Assembly (NCBI GenBank): GCA_048270185.1
Contig: JBLWTJ010000003.1
Coordinates: forward strand, 224,001-288,000
Direction: 5' to 3'
From: Bacteriovoracaceae bacterium
Lineage (GTDB): Bacteria > Bdellovibrionota > Bacteriovoracia > Bacteriovoracales > Bacteriovoracaceae
DNA: 64,000 nucleotides
Shown here: one piece after another, positions 39,411 to 49,764 of the stretch
Layout of the letters: each line of letters starts with the position of its first letter
Numbering within the stretch: the stretch's first letter is position 1
Position numbers and translations under genes: made by a program
The notes under the pieces: model-generated
What the model was told of the DNA's origin: nothing
Database searches by the model: none
Seen by the model: only the letters and a program-made list of their open reading frames with translations

Positions 39411-40271
39411 CTATGAAAATTGCTTTCTAAAGATATCAAGCACTTGGAGAGTTTTGACTCCAGGTTTACCATTTCCGATGCTAGAATGATCAACTTTCAC
39501 AATCGGTACCAGGTACTTTGTTGATGATGTTAGAAAACACTCATCAGCATCTTTCAATTCACTGCCTGAGATATTAGCTTCCTCAAAAGGAATTTTGTGG
39601 GCCGCCAGAATCTTAATGACATTCTCTCGCGTAATACCTTTTAAAAGTCCGGCAGCAATTGGGGGAGTTTTAAATACACCATCTTTAACGATCCAGATAT
39701 TGCTCGTTGTACACTCAGTGACGTTGCCATCTTGGTTTAACATGACAGCATCAAAGTAGCCTGCCTCGCGAGCTTCGTTATAGGCCAAAATATTATTGAG
39801 ATAATTTCCTGATTTAATATTTGGGTCCATGGACTTAACTGGATTTCGAAGCGTTGAAGAAATAATAACTTCAACACCATCGTCGTACCAAGACGTTGGA
39901 TTTTCTGCTAACTCTTTTCCAATGATAATGACATTTTGTTTTTGGGCCGCCTTTGGATCAAGAGTGATTTCTCCTTCACCACGAGTGACGATAACTCGAA
40001 TGTAGCAGCGCTCGTGACCAGCTTCATGAAGCTTTGTCGAAACTTCTTTAATTAGGTCCTCAAATTCTTTGTGAGTATTTTGAAGGATCATATGCATCTT
40101 AAGGGCCGAGTTCTCAAGCCTGGCAAGATGTTCTTTTAAGAATCCGATTTTCCCATTTCGAACTTCTGTTACTTCATAGACTGAATCGCCATAAAGGAAG
40201 CCGCGATCAAAGACTGAAACTTTGGCATCTTCTTGGGAACAAATTTGGCCATTAATACTGATAACTTTCAT
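39411..40271 (-). CDS. Class IV PLP aminotransferase (IlvE/Dat/PabC family)
   Basis: DRGFLYGDSVYE, HLARL, KSGNY, ECTTSN, LKGITR. Confidence 0.92.
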   Translation of the reverse strand: MKVISINGQICSQEDAKVSVFDRGFLYGDSVYEVTEVRNGKIGFLKEHLARLENSALKMHMILQNTHKEFEDLIKEVSTKLHEAGHERCYIRVIVTRGEGEITLDPKAAQKQNVIIIGKELAENPTSWYDDGVEVIISSTLRNPVKSMDPNIKSGNYLNNILAYNEAREAGYFDAVMLNQDGNVTECTTSNIWIVKDGVFKTPPIAAGLLKGITRENVIKILAAHKIPFEEANISGSELKDADECFLTSSTKYLVPIVKVDHSSIGNGKPGVKTLQVLDIFRKQFS

Positions 40272-40777
40272 GGAAGAATAGCTTTATAACCTTCTGGGAT
40301 AATATTCCAGGCATCGTTAACGAAACGAATTTCTTTTGCTTCACTATCAATTTTATAAATTTTCTCTCCACACTGAAGCCAGTTAAGTATTCCGCCAAAG
40401 AGATTTTTAAATTCAGTATCAGGGTTTGATTTTGTTAGCTCTAAAATTGCCTTTGTGGATCTTGTTCCAATTGTTGAGTAGATGATAACTTCTTTACCTG
40501 CAAGCATTGGTTCTAAGTCGTGAAGTTTTGAAAGTGGGATAGCTCTTTCAAGGTGACTTACTTCAAATTGAAAAAAGTCTCGAGCATCAACGACTACGAG
40601 ACGGTTATCTTTTTGACGATAGCGGCTCTTTAAATAGTCACATTCAATACTTTCAACATTTGGATATTTCTTTGCCAAAGCAGAGGCCATACTTTTAATA
40701 ACTTTGCTCTGATCTTTAATTCCTTCTGTGTTAATACAAGAAGTTAGAAGTATTAGTGATAAGAGGATATATTTCAT
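40268..40777 (-). CDS. Rhodanese-like lipoprotein, catalytic Cys replaced by Ser
   Basis: Lipobox LTSC; VDAR..F..SHL..AI, IIYSTIGTRS, NLFGGILNW. Confidence 0.8.
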   Translation of the reverse strand: MKYILLSLILLTSCINTEGIKDQSKVIKSMASALAKKYPNVESIECDYLKSRYRQKDNRLVVVDARDFFQFEVSHLERAIPLSKLHDLEPMLAGKEVIIYSTIGTRSTKAILELTKSNPDTEFKNLFGGILNWLQCGEKIYKIDSEAKEIRFVNDAWNIIPEGYKAILP

Positions 40778-40873
40778 TTTTCATCCATTTTTTATTGTGA
40801 TTTAGCAGACTTAGTCATTTTGCCAAATCTTTAATTATTTGACCATGAATAAAACTTCTTAGATAATTTAAAT

Positions 40874-42154
40874 ATGCAAAAACTCTTGAAATTTCTATTC
40901 TTATTAAATATTTCCCTGCTAAATTCATATGCAGCAAGCCTCGAACTTACAGAGACATCTGATCCTGTTATCAAACTAATGTCTGATAGTACGACTGAGA
41001 TAAATAATCTATTTGTTACTTCATCTGGAGATGCCAGAACTCTTGATGCAGCTCCTAAAATTTATGCACCAATTGGCTTGTCTTCAGGTACTCCATCTTC
41101 AAATTACTTCATTAGTGGCGTGACCCTTCCAAAAGCAACTGGGACATCTGGCGGTATACAGCTTACGGATGTGAGTGTAACTGGAGTAGGAAGTACAGAG
41201 AAGATCTATACTGCTATTTTAAATAATGATGATTCGACACCAACTTATCGTATTATTGGAGAGGTTACGAATCAGATAAATCCGTTTGTACCATATACTG
41301 CTTTATGTTTAACTGACTCAGTTGTATGCGAAGGATTTAGTGACTCAACTGCTTCGATCAAGCCAAATCTTGAGCTTGTTATTTTCGTTGCTTCGTCTGA
41401 TGCTGACTACTCAAATAATGATGATGTTAATGTTGATGATATCCCAGATGCCGTGGGGCAAGCTCTCTTTTTTAAGCTTATAATGAGTTCTTCAACTATA
41501 ATAAGTAGCCAAACACCTTTGATTACAGCAGATTATGATGGTGATTCAATGGGAGTCATTGAATACACTGGTGATTTTGGGTCAAACTCAAAGTATATTT
41601 CTCGTATTGTTTCTTATACTGATACTTCAAGTGGTACATTAAAGGGCGCAAGTCTAAGAGAGGTTAACGAAGGTGTTGGTGAAGAGGGAAGTATTACAGT
41701 TAGAAACCTTGCCAATAATCAAACCTACTTCTCGAGTATCGCTTATGTCGACCACTTTGGTTTCACTTCACAACTAAGTTCTGAAGTAACTCTTACTCCA
41801 AGACCAATTGAGGCCTTATTGGCCGCTAATCAATGCTACTTTGTGACGGCCGGGTTTCAACGCAATCACTATGTCCTAAATTACTTCCGCTATATTAGGG
41901 ATGAATTTCTACTAAAGTCGACAGTCGGAAAGGCATTTGTTGACTTTTATTATAGCAGTGCGCCACAATATGTCGGCTATATTCTAAATAACAAGTCCAT
42001 CGCTCATCGTGTAAAATCATATAGTTTCTCAACTTATTTTGTTTTACAAAATATGGCCTCTATAATAGGATGCATGTTACTACTTGCTGTATTTAACTAT
42101 TTTAGAAGACAAAGAAGAGAGCAATTTTATGCCTTACAAAGTTCTAATTGTTGA
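40874..42154 (+). CDS. Secreted Ser/Thr-rich protein with CFI-box-CTERM domain
   Basis: Signal peptide; CYFVTA...RYIRDEFL...GKAFVDFYYSSAP, then TM and basic tail. Confidence 0.75.
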   Translation: MQKLLKFLFLLNISLLNSYAASLELTETSDPVIKLMSDSTTEINNLFVTSSGDARTLDAAPKIYAPIGLSSGTPSSNYFISGVTLPKATGTSGGIQLTDVSVTGVGSTEKIYTAILNNDDSTPTYRIIGEVTNQINPFVPYTALCLTDSVVCEGFSDSTASIKPNLELVIFVASSDADYSNNDDVNVDDIPDAVGQALFFKLIMSSSTIISSQTPLITADYDGDSMGVIEYTGDFGSNSKYISRIVSYTDTSSGTLKGASLREVNEGVGEEGSITVRNLANNQTYFSSIAYVDHFGFTSQLSSEVTLTPRPIEALLAANQCYFVTAGFQRNHYVLNYFRYIRDEFLLKSTVGKAFVDFYYSSAPQYVGYILNNKSIAHRVKSYSFSTYFVLQNMASIIGCMLLLAVFNYFRRQRREQFYALQSSNC

Positions 42155-42500
42155 TGACGAACCAGATATTCTCGAGCTTTTAGCTGAAGAGCTAGAGTTT
42201 GAAGGATACGAGATTGAATGTGCCTATTCAGGGAATTCAGCTGTTAAGCTCATCGATAACGGTCATACTTTCGACGCTATTATCTCAGATTATAAAATGC
42301 CTGACGGTAATGGGAAGGTTGTGCTCGATTATTCGAATGGCCACAAAGATCAGAAAGAAAAAGTTTTCTACTTTGTTTCTGGCCAGGCCGATATTTCACT
42401 CAAAGAGGCCATGAAAGAGGGTGTTACACGCTTTTTCTATAAGCCATTTGATCTGGATGAATTACTTACTAGTTTAAAGAGCGACCTCGGACAGTCTTAG
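42129..42500 (+). CDS. Single-domain response regulator
   Basis: VLIVDDE, ISDYKMP, KPF; start at MPYK 42129. Confidence 0.92.
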   Translation: MPYKVLIVDDEPDILELLAEELEFEGYEIECAYSGNSAVKLIDNGHTFDAIISDYKMPDGNGKVVLDYSNGHKDQKEKVFYFVSGQADISLKEAMKEGVTRFFYKPFDLDELLTSLKSDLGQS

Positions 42501-43510
42501 TTTAAGACTGTCGAGTGATTGCCACGTACATAGCGATTCTTTCCAACATGATCTTCTTTATTTTCTTCCATTAGAAGATCCCAAAATCCATCCATTTCAT
42601 CATACTTTGCAATTAGCTCATATGTACGCCCAAGACCTTGCCTCGAGAATGCACTTCTTTGGAATTCAACATTAGTTCTAAGACTATCAAACTCACCTCT
42701 AAGAGTTGCAACTGTTTCATCTGTAAGGTCAGCGAACTCTTCTTGCATAAGATCTAAGATACGGTTTGCAAGTCTCTTAGGTCCAAAGTAACTTGAAATA
42801 AATTTAACAAATACTGTCGCATTGATCTTTCTAAGAATAGGGTTGGCCTTATCGTAGAATGCACTCAGGAAGCATTCATCAATCTGCTGGTGTCTAACTT
42901 CATCAAGCATATGATAGTAGTGACATTGCCAGAAGTTCCAGTCCACATCATTCTTCTTTAGGGCCTTATTATATTTTTTCGAAATATCCAGGGTTCTTTC
43001 TTCAAAGAAGAGAGCAATCCAAATCCACCATAGAAAGATCTGTGGAAACATTGTTACGATCTTCATAATGATATTTTGAGTACGAGTTAATTTAAAAATT
43101 CTTAGTGGATTCTCTTTTGAATAATTATGCGGCTCGGCCTTCATTAACATTCTTAAGAAGATCTCACCGTGTTTGTCCTCTTCTTCCATAAAGTGATCAA
43201 TGGCCTCTGCCATTTGATCATTTAATTTATAGATTCGCTTACAGCTTCTTAGAGCTGGATTTAGAAGTACATTTTCAAACCAAATAAATTGCTCACAAAT
43301 TGATAGACCAATTAATTGGTTGAAGCGAAGTTTTTGAGCATCAGTTAAGAGGTCATAGCTTGGAAGATAAGAGAGAGTAATCATCTCATCTGGAGTCCAT
43401 TTTAAGCTATGATCAATAGGCTTAGTCCAATCTAGGGCCTCAACAGTGAAGGCGCGATCAATAGATTGCTTATTTAGCCTTTCTAATTTTTCAACTAGTC
43501 TTGTTTCCAT
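42497..43510 (-). CDS. AurF-like ferritin-fold diiron oxygenase
   Basis: FE..., EEEDKH, FFEE, HMLDEVRH carboxylate/His ligand pattern. Confidence 0.8.
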   Translation of the reverse strand: METRLVEKLERLNKQSIDRAFTVEALDWTKPIDHSLKWTPDEMITLSYLPSYDLLTDAQKLRFNQLIGLSICEQFIWFENVLLNPALRSCKRIYKLNDQMAEAIDHFMEEEDKHGEIFLRMLMKAEPHNYSKENPLRIFKLTRTQNIIMKIVTMFPQIFLWWIWIALFFEERTLDISKKYNKALKKNDVDWNFWQCHYYHMLDEVRHQQIDECFLSAFYDKANPILRKINATVFVKFISSYFGPKRLANRILDLMQEEFADLTDETVATLRGEFDSLRTNVEFQRSAFSRQGLGRTYELIAKYDEMDGFWDLLMEENKEDHVGKNRYVRGNHSTVLN

Positions 43511-43758
43511 ATTGCCCTCAATTCTTCTTTATGATTATTTTCTAGGTAATTAATTAAGTCCTGTGTTGTCTGACACTGGAGGAAGATCGTAACAGGTAGC
43601 TCATCAAAGTCTTCCTTAAGCCTTGCAATGAACGACATAGCGTCATATGAGTCAAGGCCAAGTGTTGCAAACTTTGTCTCAAGATTGAGTTCGATATTCT
43701 TTTCTTCAGCAACTTCTGCAATCGCTTCATTTAAATATTTTAGAACCTCTTGAGTCAT
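43495..43758 (-). CDS. Acyl carrier protein
   Basis: 87 aa, acidic, LGLDSYD phosphopantetheine Ser. Confidence 0.9.
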   Translation of the reverse strand: MTQEVLKYLNEAIAEVAEEKNIELNLETKFATLGLDSYDAMSFIARLKEDFDELPVTIFLQCQTTQDLINYLENNHKEELRAIWKQD

Positions 43759-43772
43759 ATTTAATTCCCGCT

Positions 43773-45389
43773 TTATCTACCTATATTTTCTCTTAATAAG
43801 AAATTGAATTTAAATTTATTTTTAATAAAAGATGCTTTTAGGAGTTCAAATCGATAACGATTCTCTCTCGAAGTTAGCTCGCCACTTAAGAAGCGCTTCT
43901 TAGCATCCTGTCTCTTTACTTTACCACTTGTTGTCTTCTTCAGGGTAAGCTCTGGAAGAATTACTATGTGGTGTTTAGAAATAGACACTTTTTTGCTCAC
44001 GACCTCAGCGATTTGAGACTTGATTTTATCTCGACAAGTAGCTGATTTTTCGTTGATTTCTGCCACAATATAGGCCGTCTCACTCTTTTCATCACTAACA
44101 GAGAAGGCAACGACACGTCCGAGCTTAACTTCAGGAACTTGGGCCGCTAAGAACTCAATATCATTGGCAAAGATATTGACTCCATTACAGATGATGAGAT
44201 CCTTACTTCTTCCTGTTACATAGAGGTTATTGTCTTTAAGAAAACCTAGATCTCCCGTATTAAGCCAGCCGTCTTCTAAGTGAGACTCACGTCCGTAGTA
44301 GTGAGTTGAAATCGATGGTCCTTTGATATAGATTTCACCTATACCATTGTCACTATTTCTAATCTCAATCTGAGTTGGAGCAAGTACCTTTCCACATGAG
44401 ATATATTCTTCACCATCACGATTTGTTGACTCATACTTTGTTTCAACTTCGTGAAAAGTAACAGCAAGAGTTGCTTCAGCAAGCCCGTATACTGGCATAA
44501 TTGCATTGGCATTAAAGCCATACTTTGCAAATCTCTTAGAAAATGCATCAAGGACATTTCTCTTAATGGGCTCAGCTCCGCATTGAGCAAAGCGGATATG
44601 ACTTAAGTCTAATCCTTCAAGCTTACTTTCTGGAATCTTTGTCGCACACACATAGTAGGCCGAGTTTGGAATACAAAGTGCAGAGCACTTTGTTTCAGAC
44701 ACAAGCTTAAGCCACTTATGAGGGGCGAGCATATAGTCTTGAGTTCGAACAATATGACATGGAAGATTCTTTAAAAGAGCAGTCAGTAAACTTCCTATCA
44801 GTCCCATATCATGGTGTAGGGGAAGCCACGTGCAGATTGAATCGTTCTCATTGAGTTTTATTCCAGTATTGATTTGTTCATTATTTGCTAAGAGATTTCT
44901 TTGGCTGACTACGACACCTTTAGGGGCAGAAGTTGATCCAGATGAAAATTGAATAAAGCAAGTATCGTCTAATGTTGGGTTATAGAAGCTAGTGTCCAAT
45001 GGTGAATTTTCTAATTGCGCTATATTTGTAAAATTAGCAGGTGTAGACTTTGAGGCGATATACTTAGTTTTTGCACTTGTAGCAAATTGCATAAGTAGTG
45101 TTTCAAAATCATCTTTTAGCATAAGAGCGTTGGATGCCATTGGAACTGGTGTATTCTTAGAAAGAAGAATACCAAAGAAATATGTCACAAAACTTTCTTC
45201 GTTTTCAAATGAGAGAATAATATTCTCATTCTCAATTGCTTGTGCCTTAATATTTGAAGCAATTTGCTTTGCCTTGAGCATCAGTTCATCAATTGATAGT
45301 GAACTTACTAGCTTAAAGTTCTTGTAAAAGAATAGAACTTCTTTGTCTTTATTTGTGTTGCTATTAAGTAGTTCTAGAATATTATTCAT
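43773..45389 (-). CDS. Fatty acyl-AMP ligase (FAAL)
   Basis: QFSSGSTSAPKG, WLPLHHDMGLIG, YGLAEATL, TGDLG, GRSKDLII, KTTSGK. Confidence 0.9.
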   Translation of the reverse strand: MNNILELLNSNTNKDKEVLFFYKNFKLVSSLSIDELMLKAKQIASNIKAQAIENENIILSFENEESFVTYFFGILLSKNTPVPMASNALMLKDDFETLLMQFATSAKTKYIASKSTPANFTNIAQLENSPLDTSFYNPTLDDTCFIQFSSGSTSAPKGVVVSQRNLLANNEQINTGIKLNENDSICTWLPLHHDMGLIGSLLTALLKNLPCHIVRTQDYMLAPHKWLKLVSETKCSALCIPNSAYYVCATKIPESKLEGLDLSHIRFAQCGAEPIKRNVLDAFSKRFAKYGFNANAIMPVYGLAEATLAVTFHEVETKYESTNRDGEEYISCGKVLAPTQIEIRNSDNGIGEIYIKGPSISTHYYGRESHLEDGWLNTGDLGFLKDNNLYVTGRSKDLIICNGVNIFANDIEFLAAQVPEVKLGRVVAFSVSDEKSETAYIVAEINEKSATCRDKIKSQIAEVVSKKVSISKHHIVILPELTLKKTTSGKVKRQDAKKRFLSGELTSRENRYRFELLKASFIKNKFKFNFLLRENIGR

Positions 45390-47739
45390 TCAGAGCTCCT
45401 TCGAGGTAGCTTATAATCTCCATCGTACGATTAAAAACAACAGGCATGAATTCATATTCAGAAACACTGTGTCCCACATAGTAGAAGAGCACTCGATTTA
45501 ATAAATATTCATTTGCACAGGCAAGCATATTAGTTAGCTTCTCCTTGCGCGCTAGTTCTAATGAATCTTGAGCAAGATAATAATCAATATCGGCTTCAAT
45601 CTCAGTTACAGGTGTTGTAAAACTCATAAACTCAACAAGGTCGCGATATGGAGAGTTATATCTCGATAACTCCCAATCATAGAAACATGGACGGCCATTC
45701 TTAAAGCAGATATTTCTTGGATTAAAATCATTATGAGTCAGAGTTTTTGGGCCCTGATCGATAATTTTCATCCACGAGGAGCTTTCTTTAACTATTGATT
45801 CAAGCTTAGCTTCCGTCTCTTTACTGATATAATTTTGCGCTCTGATATAAGTAATAATCGAATCACATAGGTCGGTATCAATACTTGTCTTACCTGTATT
45901 TAGAGAAGATTCTCTAATTAAATCACTCTCGCTAAAATGAGTGTGAACTTTTGAGATGGCATTATAAATGAGCTCTCTAGTGGACTTCGTCCAGAGATCA
46001 AGTTGGCCTTGAGTATTCATTAGCTCAATTTGAGTGTCATTTAAGTTCTCTAAAAGTAGTAAATAAGCTTCTTTTTGCGTGTTGATATACGTTCCATGTA
46101 GTTTTGGAAGATATCTTTCAAATTCTTGAGATACGAATTCATATGCTTCAATTTCTCGAATATGACATTTTGTAAACTCGTTATCTGATTTTGTCTTTAA
46201 GAACTTGCGTCTAATATCACTGTCGGCAAAACCAGCAATGGCCGCAAGACCTGCGATAACGTCACTATCCATAGGCTTTGATTTAAGGATGATTTTGTCC
46301 TTACCATCTACTGTAAGGGCCGTAAAACCAAGGGCCTTGTTAACAACACGTGATGTGGCCTCTGTAATGATTCCGTTTTCAATATTAATTTTTACATCAT
46401 GTTCAATACTTTCAGCATTCTTAATAATATCACTTTGAACCTTAAAGTTTTCAGTGATGAATTCCTTTGTAATATCTTTTGTCTTAATTTGATCTTTTGG
46501 ATTATTGCGTCCTAGTTTGTCGTGAGCGTAAGCAAATTGGCCTCCACAGATGGCCGACATTGTTGAAAGCTCAAGAGAGAGGGCAGCACCAGCAATGATT
46601 TTGGCAAGTCTTTCAACTTTTCCAGCACCAGAGCATCCAATTGATTGAAGACAGTTCTTATAATGTCCAAGCCCTGTTCCACCACCAACTGTTCCAATAA
46701 CAAGAGAAGGTAGTGTTAAGCTTACATAGAGTCCTTTTTCATGTTTCTCAAAGTTTAAAACGGCCGTCGAAGACTCGTGAATACAAGCAAGGTCTTGCCC
46801 TGTTGAAGCAAAGATTGCAGCAACAGCGTTTGCAACGTTTACGTTATATCCTGTCATTCCCTCTAGGCGAGTGATAGGAAGTGACCTTAAGTATAGATTA
46901 ATAAGATCTGTTGAAGTTGTTTTTAGAACTCTTTGTAGAACTTTTTCTGTGATAACACATTCTGCTGTGACATATGTACCACGTGTTTGCATTGCTGAAC
47001 CAACTGAAACTTTTTTATCGCTTGATCCATTTCCTTCTAAGAAGAATTCAATCATCTTAATCTTAGAAGTTAGCATTTCTTCTTTAATCCAAAGACATGC
47101 CTGCCAAGTACAAACAGTTGTCATATTTTGACCAGAAGCATCCCCTGACTCATAAATGAATTTTGCGTGTACGTTACGTCCAATAAGAACGGGTTTAATT
47201 TTTATAAGATTTGCAAAGTTTGAATATTTCTTAGTGATACTTTTAATTGTATTAAAATTTTCTTCCAGCCAATTAATAAAATCATCAGCGTGATCGATAT
47301 TTTCAAATGTAAATACTGGTGCGCGATACATGCGCTTTCTTGTTACACGAGAGCGAAAACCACCACAAAGTGAAATAGCAAAAGCACCACGAGTAATTGA
47401 AGAAACAAGAGCTCCTTCAGAAGTTGCAATAGGAATATAAATATCTTCTTTTTCTTGATCTTTACCAATCATCTTAAGTGGCCCACAAATACCAAGTGGA
47501 ATTGAGACGCTCCCAGCATAGGACTCAATATTTCCCTTTAGATTAAAACCATCAAGATCAGTGTTGATTAAAGACTCAAGACTTTCTCCGCATTGTTCTT
47601 CAAGAATTGAAATACGCTTAAGGCGTGCGGCCTCAGAATAGTCAAAACGCGAAGGAGCCGATGCCTTTCTTGTCGGTTGTTCATTTGGGATTGTCACCTG
47701 TGAGGAAGCACTATTTGTTGCTGAGATTTCTATTTTCAT
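45382..47739 (-). CDS. Class I HMG-CoA reductase-like domain fused to an APH/choline-kinase-like phosphotransferase
   Basis: PIATSEGALV, GDASGQNM, GNGSSDKK, TGQDLA, GTVGGGT, AHDKLGR; C-terminal THNDFNPRN and YDWE. Confidence 0.85.
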   Translation of the reverse strand: MKIEISATNSASSQVTIPNEQPTRKASAPSRFDYSEAARLKRISILEEQCGESLESLINTDLDGFNLKGNIESYAGSVSIPLGICGPLKMIGKDQEKEDIYIPIATSEGALVSSITRGAFAISLCGGFRSRVTRKRMYRAPVFTFENIDHADDFINWLEENFNTIKSITKKYSNFANLIKIKPVLIGRNVHAKFIYESGDASGQNMTTVCTWQACLWIKEEMLTSKIKMIEFFLEGNGSSDKKVSVGSAMQTRGTYVTAECVITEKVLQRVLKTTSTDLINLYLRSLPITRLEGMTGYNVNVANAVAAIFASTGQDLACIHESSTAVLNFEKHEKGLYVSLTLPSLVIGTVGGGTGLGHYKNCLQSIGCSGAGKVERLAKIIAGAALSLELSTMSAICGGQFAYAHDKLGRNNPKDQIKTKDITKEFITENFKVQSDIIKNAESIEHDVKINIENGIITEATSRVVNKALGFTALTVDGKDKIILKSKPMDSDVIAGLAAIAGFADSDIRRKFLKTKSDNEFTKCHIREIEAYEFVSQEFERYLPKLHGTYINTQKEAYLLLLENLNDTQIELMNTQGQLDLWTKSTRELIYNAISKVHTHFSESDLIRESSLNTGKTSIDTDLCDSIITYIRAQNYISKETEAKLESIVKESSSWMKIIDQGPKTLTHNDFNPRNICFKNGRPCFYDWELSRYNSPYRDLVEFMSFTTPVTEIEADIDYYLAQDSLELARKEKLTNMLACANEYLLNRVLFYYVGHSVSEYEFMPVVFNRTMEIISYLEGALNE

Positions 47740-47843
47740 TCTTCAAATATAGCTTAAACAGGGATTGTTAAGTGGCTTTATGAAAATAGTATAGTGGCCG
47801 TCTGTTAAGTAGACAGAAAGTGTATCCCTATAAAATCAGTGAC

Positions 47844-48770
47844 TTATAGGCTGAATAACGTGTACCTTCGATCTCTTTGTGAAATATCCTTGGCAAAGAG
47901 TGAAGGAAGATTTCCATCTCTCATAAGACACAGGTAGGCCTGCTCATACTTGTCTCTAATGGCCGGGATAATAGACTTTAGTAAATAGATAAAGGTTAGT
48001 CCCATATGGCGATGATCTGGGTGAACTCCCATGGTCTTAATAAGTAGTCGTTTGGCGCTTGGATCTGTGACGTCAATGAAGTTTAAGATGATCCCAATGA
48101 TCTCGTTAGATCCTTTTTCAATAAGACAACACGATGTATGCGGGCAGATAATGGCCGCCATTTGTCGCCCATATTTTTGTTTGAAGGTATCAAGTGTGAC
48201 ACTTGAGTAGGCGAGATTATCACCAAAGACTTCTTCGGCACTTGCATAGAATTTATCAATATTTGAAAGCCAGTAATCGGCATCAATCATTTGAAGTTCA
48301 TAAGCAGATTCAATTGTATTTTGGTCAATACCATCAAATTGTTCGGACCACTTAAGAAGTTTTTCAAAATCATTAATTTCATAAGTTAGATATTTTTCAA
48401 ATACTTCACCATGTTGACTTAAAAAATTATAGAAGTTCATGTCACAAGGAGGCTCCATCAGATAAGTCGGCCTATAATCTTCATCACAAAGACGGTAAGT
48501 GTTATATGTTGAAAAATTTAGGGGACCAACAATCTTTTCACACTTATTCTTTGTCTTGTAGGCAATGGCAGCTTCCTTGAAAGCGTCAAATTCGATCTGT
48601 GTGAAGTTACCATGACAAAAACCAAAATAAGCACAGTCTGCTATTTTAAAGAAAATCGAATGACTACTTCCAGAAGTAAATTGTTCGATATTTAATAATT
48701 CCGGTCCATTCTTAAATAGTTCATATTCAATCTGTTGTTCTGGTGAAAGTAATTCGATATTAATTGACAT
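47844..48770 (-). CDS. GNAT-fold protein (YghO-like two-domain)
   Basis: VGPLNFST; C-terminal KTMGVHPDHRHMGL acyl-CoA loop. Confidence 0.65.
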   Translation of the reverse strand: MSINIELLSPEQQIEYELFKNGPELLNIEQFTSGSSHSIFFKIADCAYFGFCHGNFTQIEFDAFKEAAIAYKTKNKCEKIVGPLNFSTYNTYRLCDEDYRPTYLMEPPCDMNFYNFLSQHGEVFEKYLTYEINDFEKLLKWSEQFDGIDQNTIESAYELQMIDADYWLSNIDKFYASAEEVFGDNLAYSSVTLDTFKQKYGRQMAAIICPHTSCCLIEKGSNEIIGIILNFIDVTDPSAKRLLIKTMGVHPDHRHMGLTFIYLLKSIIPAIRDKYEQAYLCLMRDGNLPSLFAKDISQRDRRYTLFSL

Positions 48771-49695
48771 AAATACCTACAATAATTGCAATATAGAGTA
48801 GAAGGGCATAGAGGCCAAAACTTGCTTCATTTTTCTTGCGACCTTTTAGACTTGGTTCTTTGACAAATTTTACAAGAGTAATCTGAGCAAAGACAAATCC
48901 AATTGTTGCCATAGCTATTGTTATGACCTTGTAATTTGGCATAATCGTTGTAAAGAAAAGAAAGCAACCAAGAGTGATAATATTCATAAGAGAGATAATC
49001 ATCACTGTTCCATTAATACCGTAAATCTTTGTGTACGAATCAAGTGTTTCAGTTTCTTCTTCTGGCCCACGACATTTTCTTGTGAACTCATAAGAGAAAC
49101 CGGAAGCAAGACTCATGGCCAGTACAATATAAGTATAGAGTTCAAATTGTGGCATATTCCACTTTGACGACATAATCCAAATAATTATAAGAGGTGAGAC
49201 GAGCATATGAGAAAAAGAGTAGAGTGTTAGTCTCTTCTCAAGCCAACTACCAATAAAGAACTCTTTGGCCATAAGGGTCGACCAAAGATAGACAATACCG
49301 TAACAAATAAGTGTTAGATAATTATTTTCAATAAGAAGACTAAAAGCGATGGCGATAGCTGTAAATAGCACCGCAATGGTATCGAGGTGAGCAAGTTTAA
49401 TTAATCCCCTTTGAAGGGCCCTTTTAGGGTGATTAATGCAATCGATCTCATAATCTTTGTGCTCATCAAAAACTCTAAGTATAAAATAGTGGCCAACAAC
49501 AGCTAGTGCCCCAAGAATATCAAGTAATTTAAACTCTAAATTTTGATCAGTAAGATAGAGTGCAACTCGGCTCATGACAATATAAGTAATAATTCCTGAA
49601 ATAACATTGGCCATTGGAAATCGCTCTTGTGACCAAGCAAAGTATCTCTTATAAAATGGATCTTCTATCGTTATATGACTTATATCCTTACTCAT
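48760..49695 (-). CDS. UbiA-superfamily prenyltransferase
   Basis: Multi-TM; RVFDEHKDYEIDCINHPKRALQRG; second acidic motif YEFTRK..GPEEE...DSY. Confidence 0.8.
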   Translation of the reverse strand: MSKDISHITIEDPFYKRYFAWSQERFPMANVISGIITYIVMSRVALYLTDQNLEFKLLDILGALAVVGHYFILRVFDEHKDYEIDCINHPKRALQRGLIKLAHLDTIAVLFTAIAIAFSLLIENNYLTLICYGIVYLWSTLMAKEFFIGSWLEKRLTLYSFSHMLVSPLIIIWIMSSKWNMPQFELYTYIVLAMSLASGFSYEFTRKCRGPEEETETLDSYTKIYGINGTVMIISLMNIITLGCFLFFTTIMPNYKVITIAMATIGFVFAQITLVKFVKEPSLKGRKKNEASFGLYALLLYIAIIVGIYVN

Positions 49696-49764
49696 GTATA
49701 AGGCCCCCTTAAAGTATTTATTTCCTTGATTACATTATATAATGAAAACAACTATAATTGGGAT

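Noticed and set aside
45382..49695. Standard mevalonate or ubiquinone operon
   Set aside because: No HMG-CoA synthase, GHMP kinase, decarboxylase, IDI or other ubi/men genes nearby
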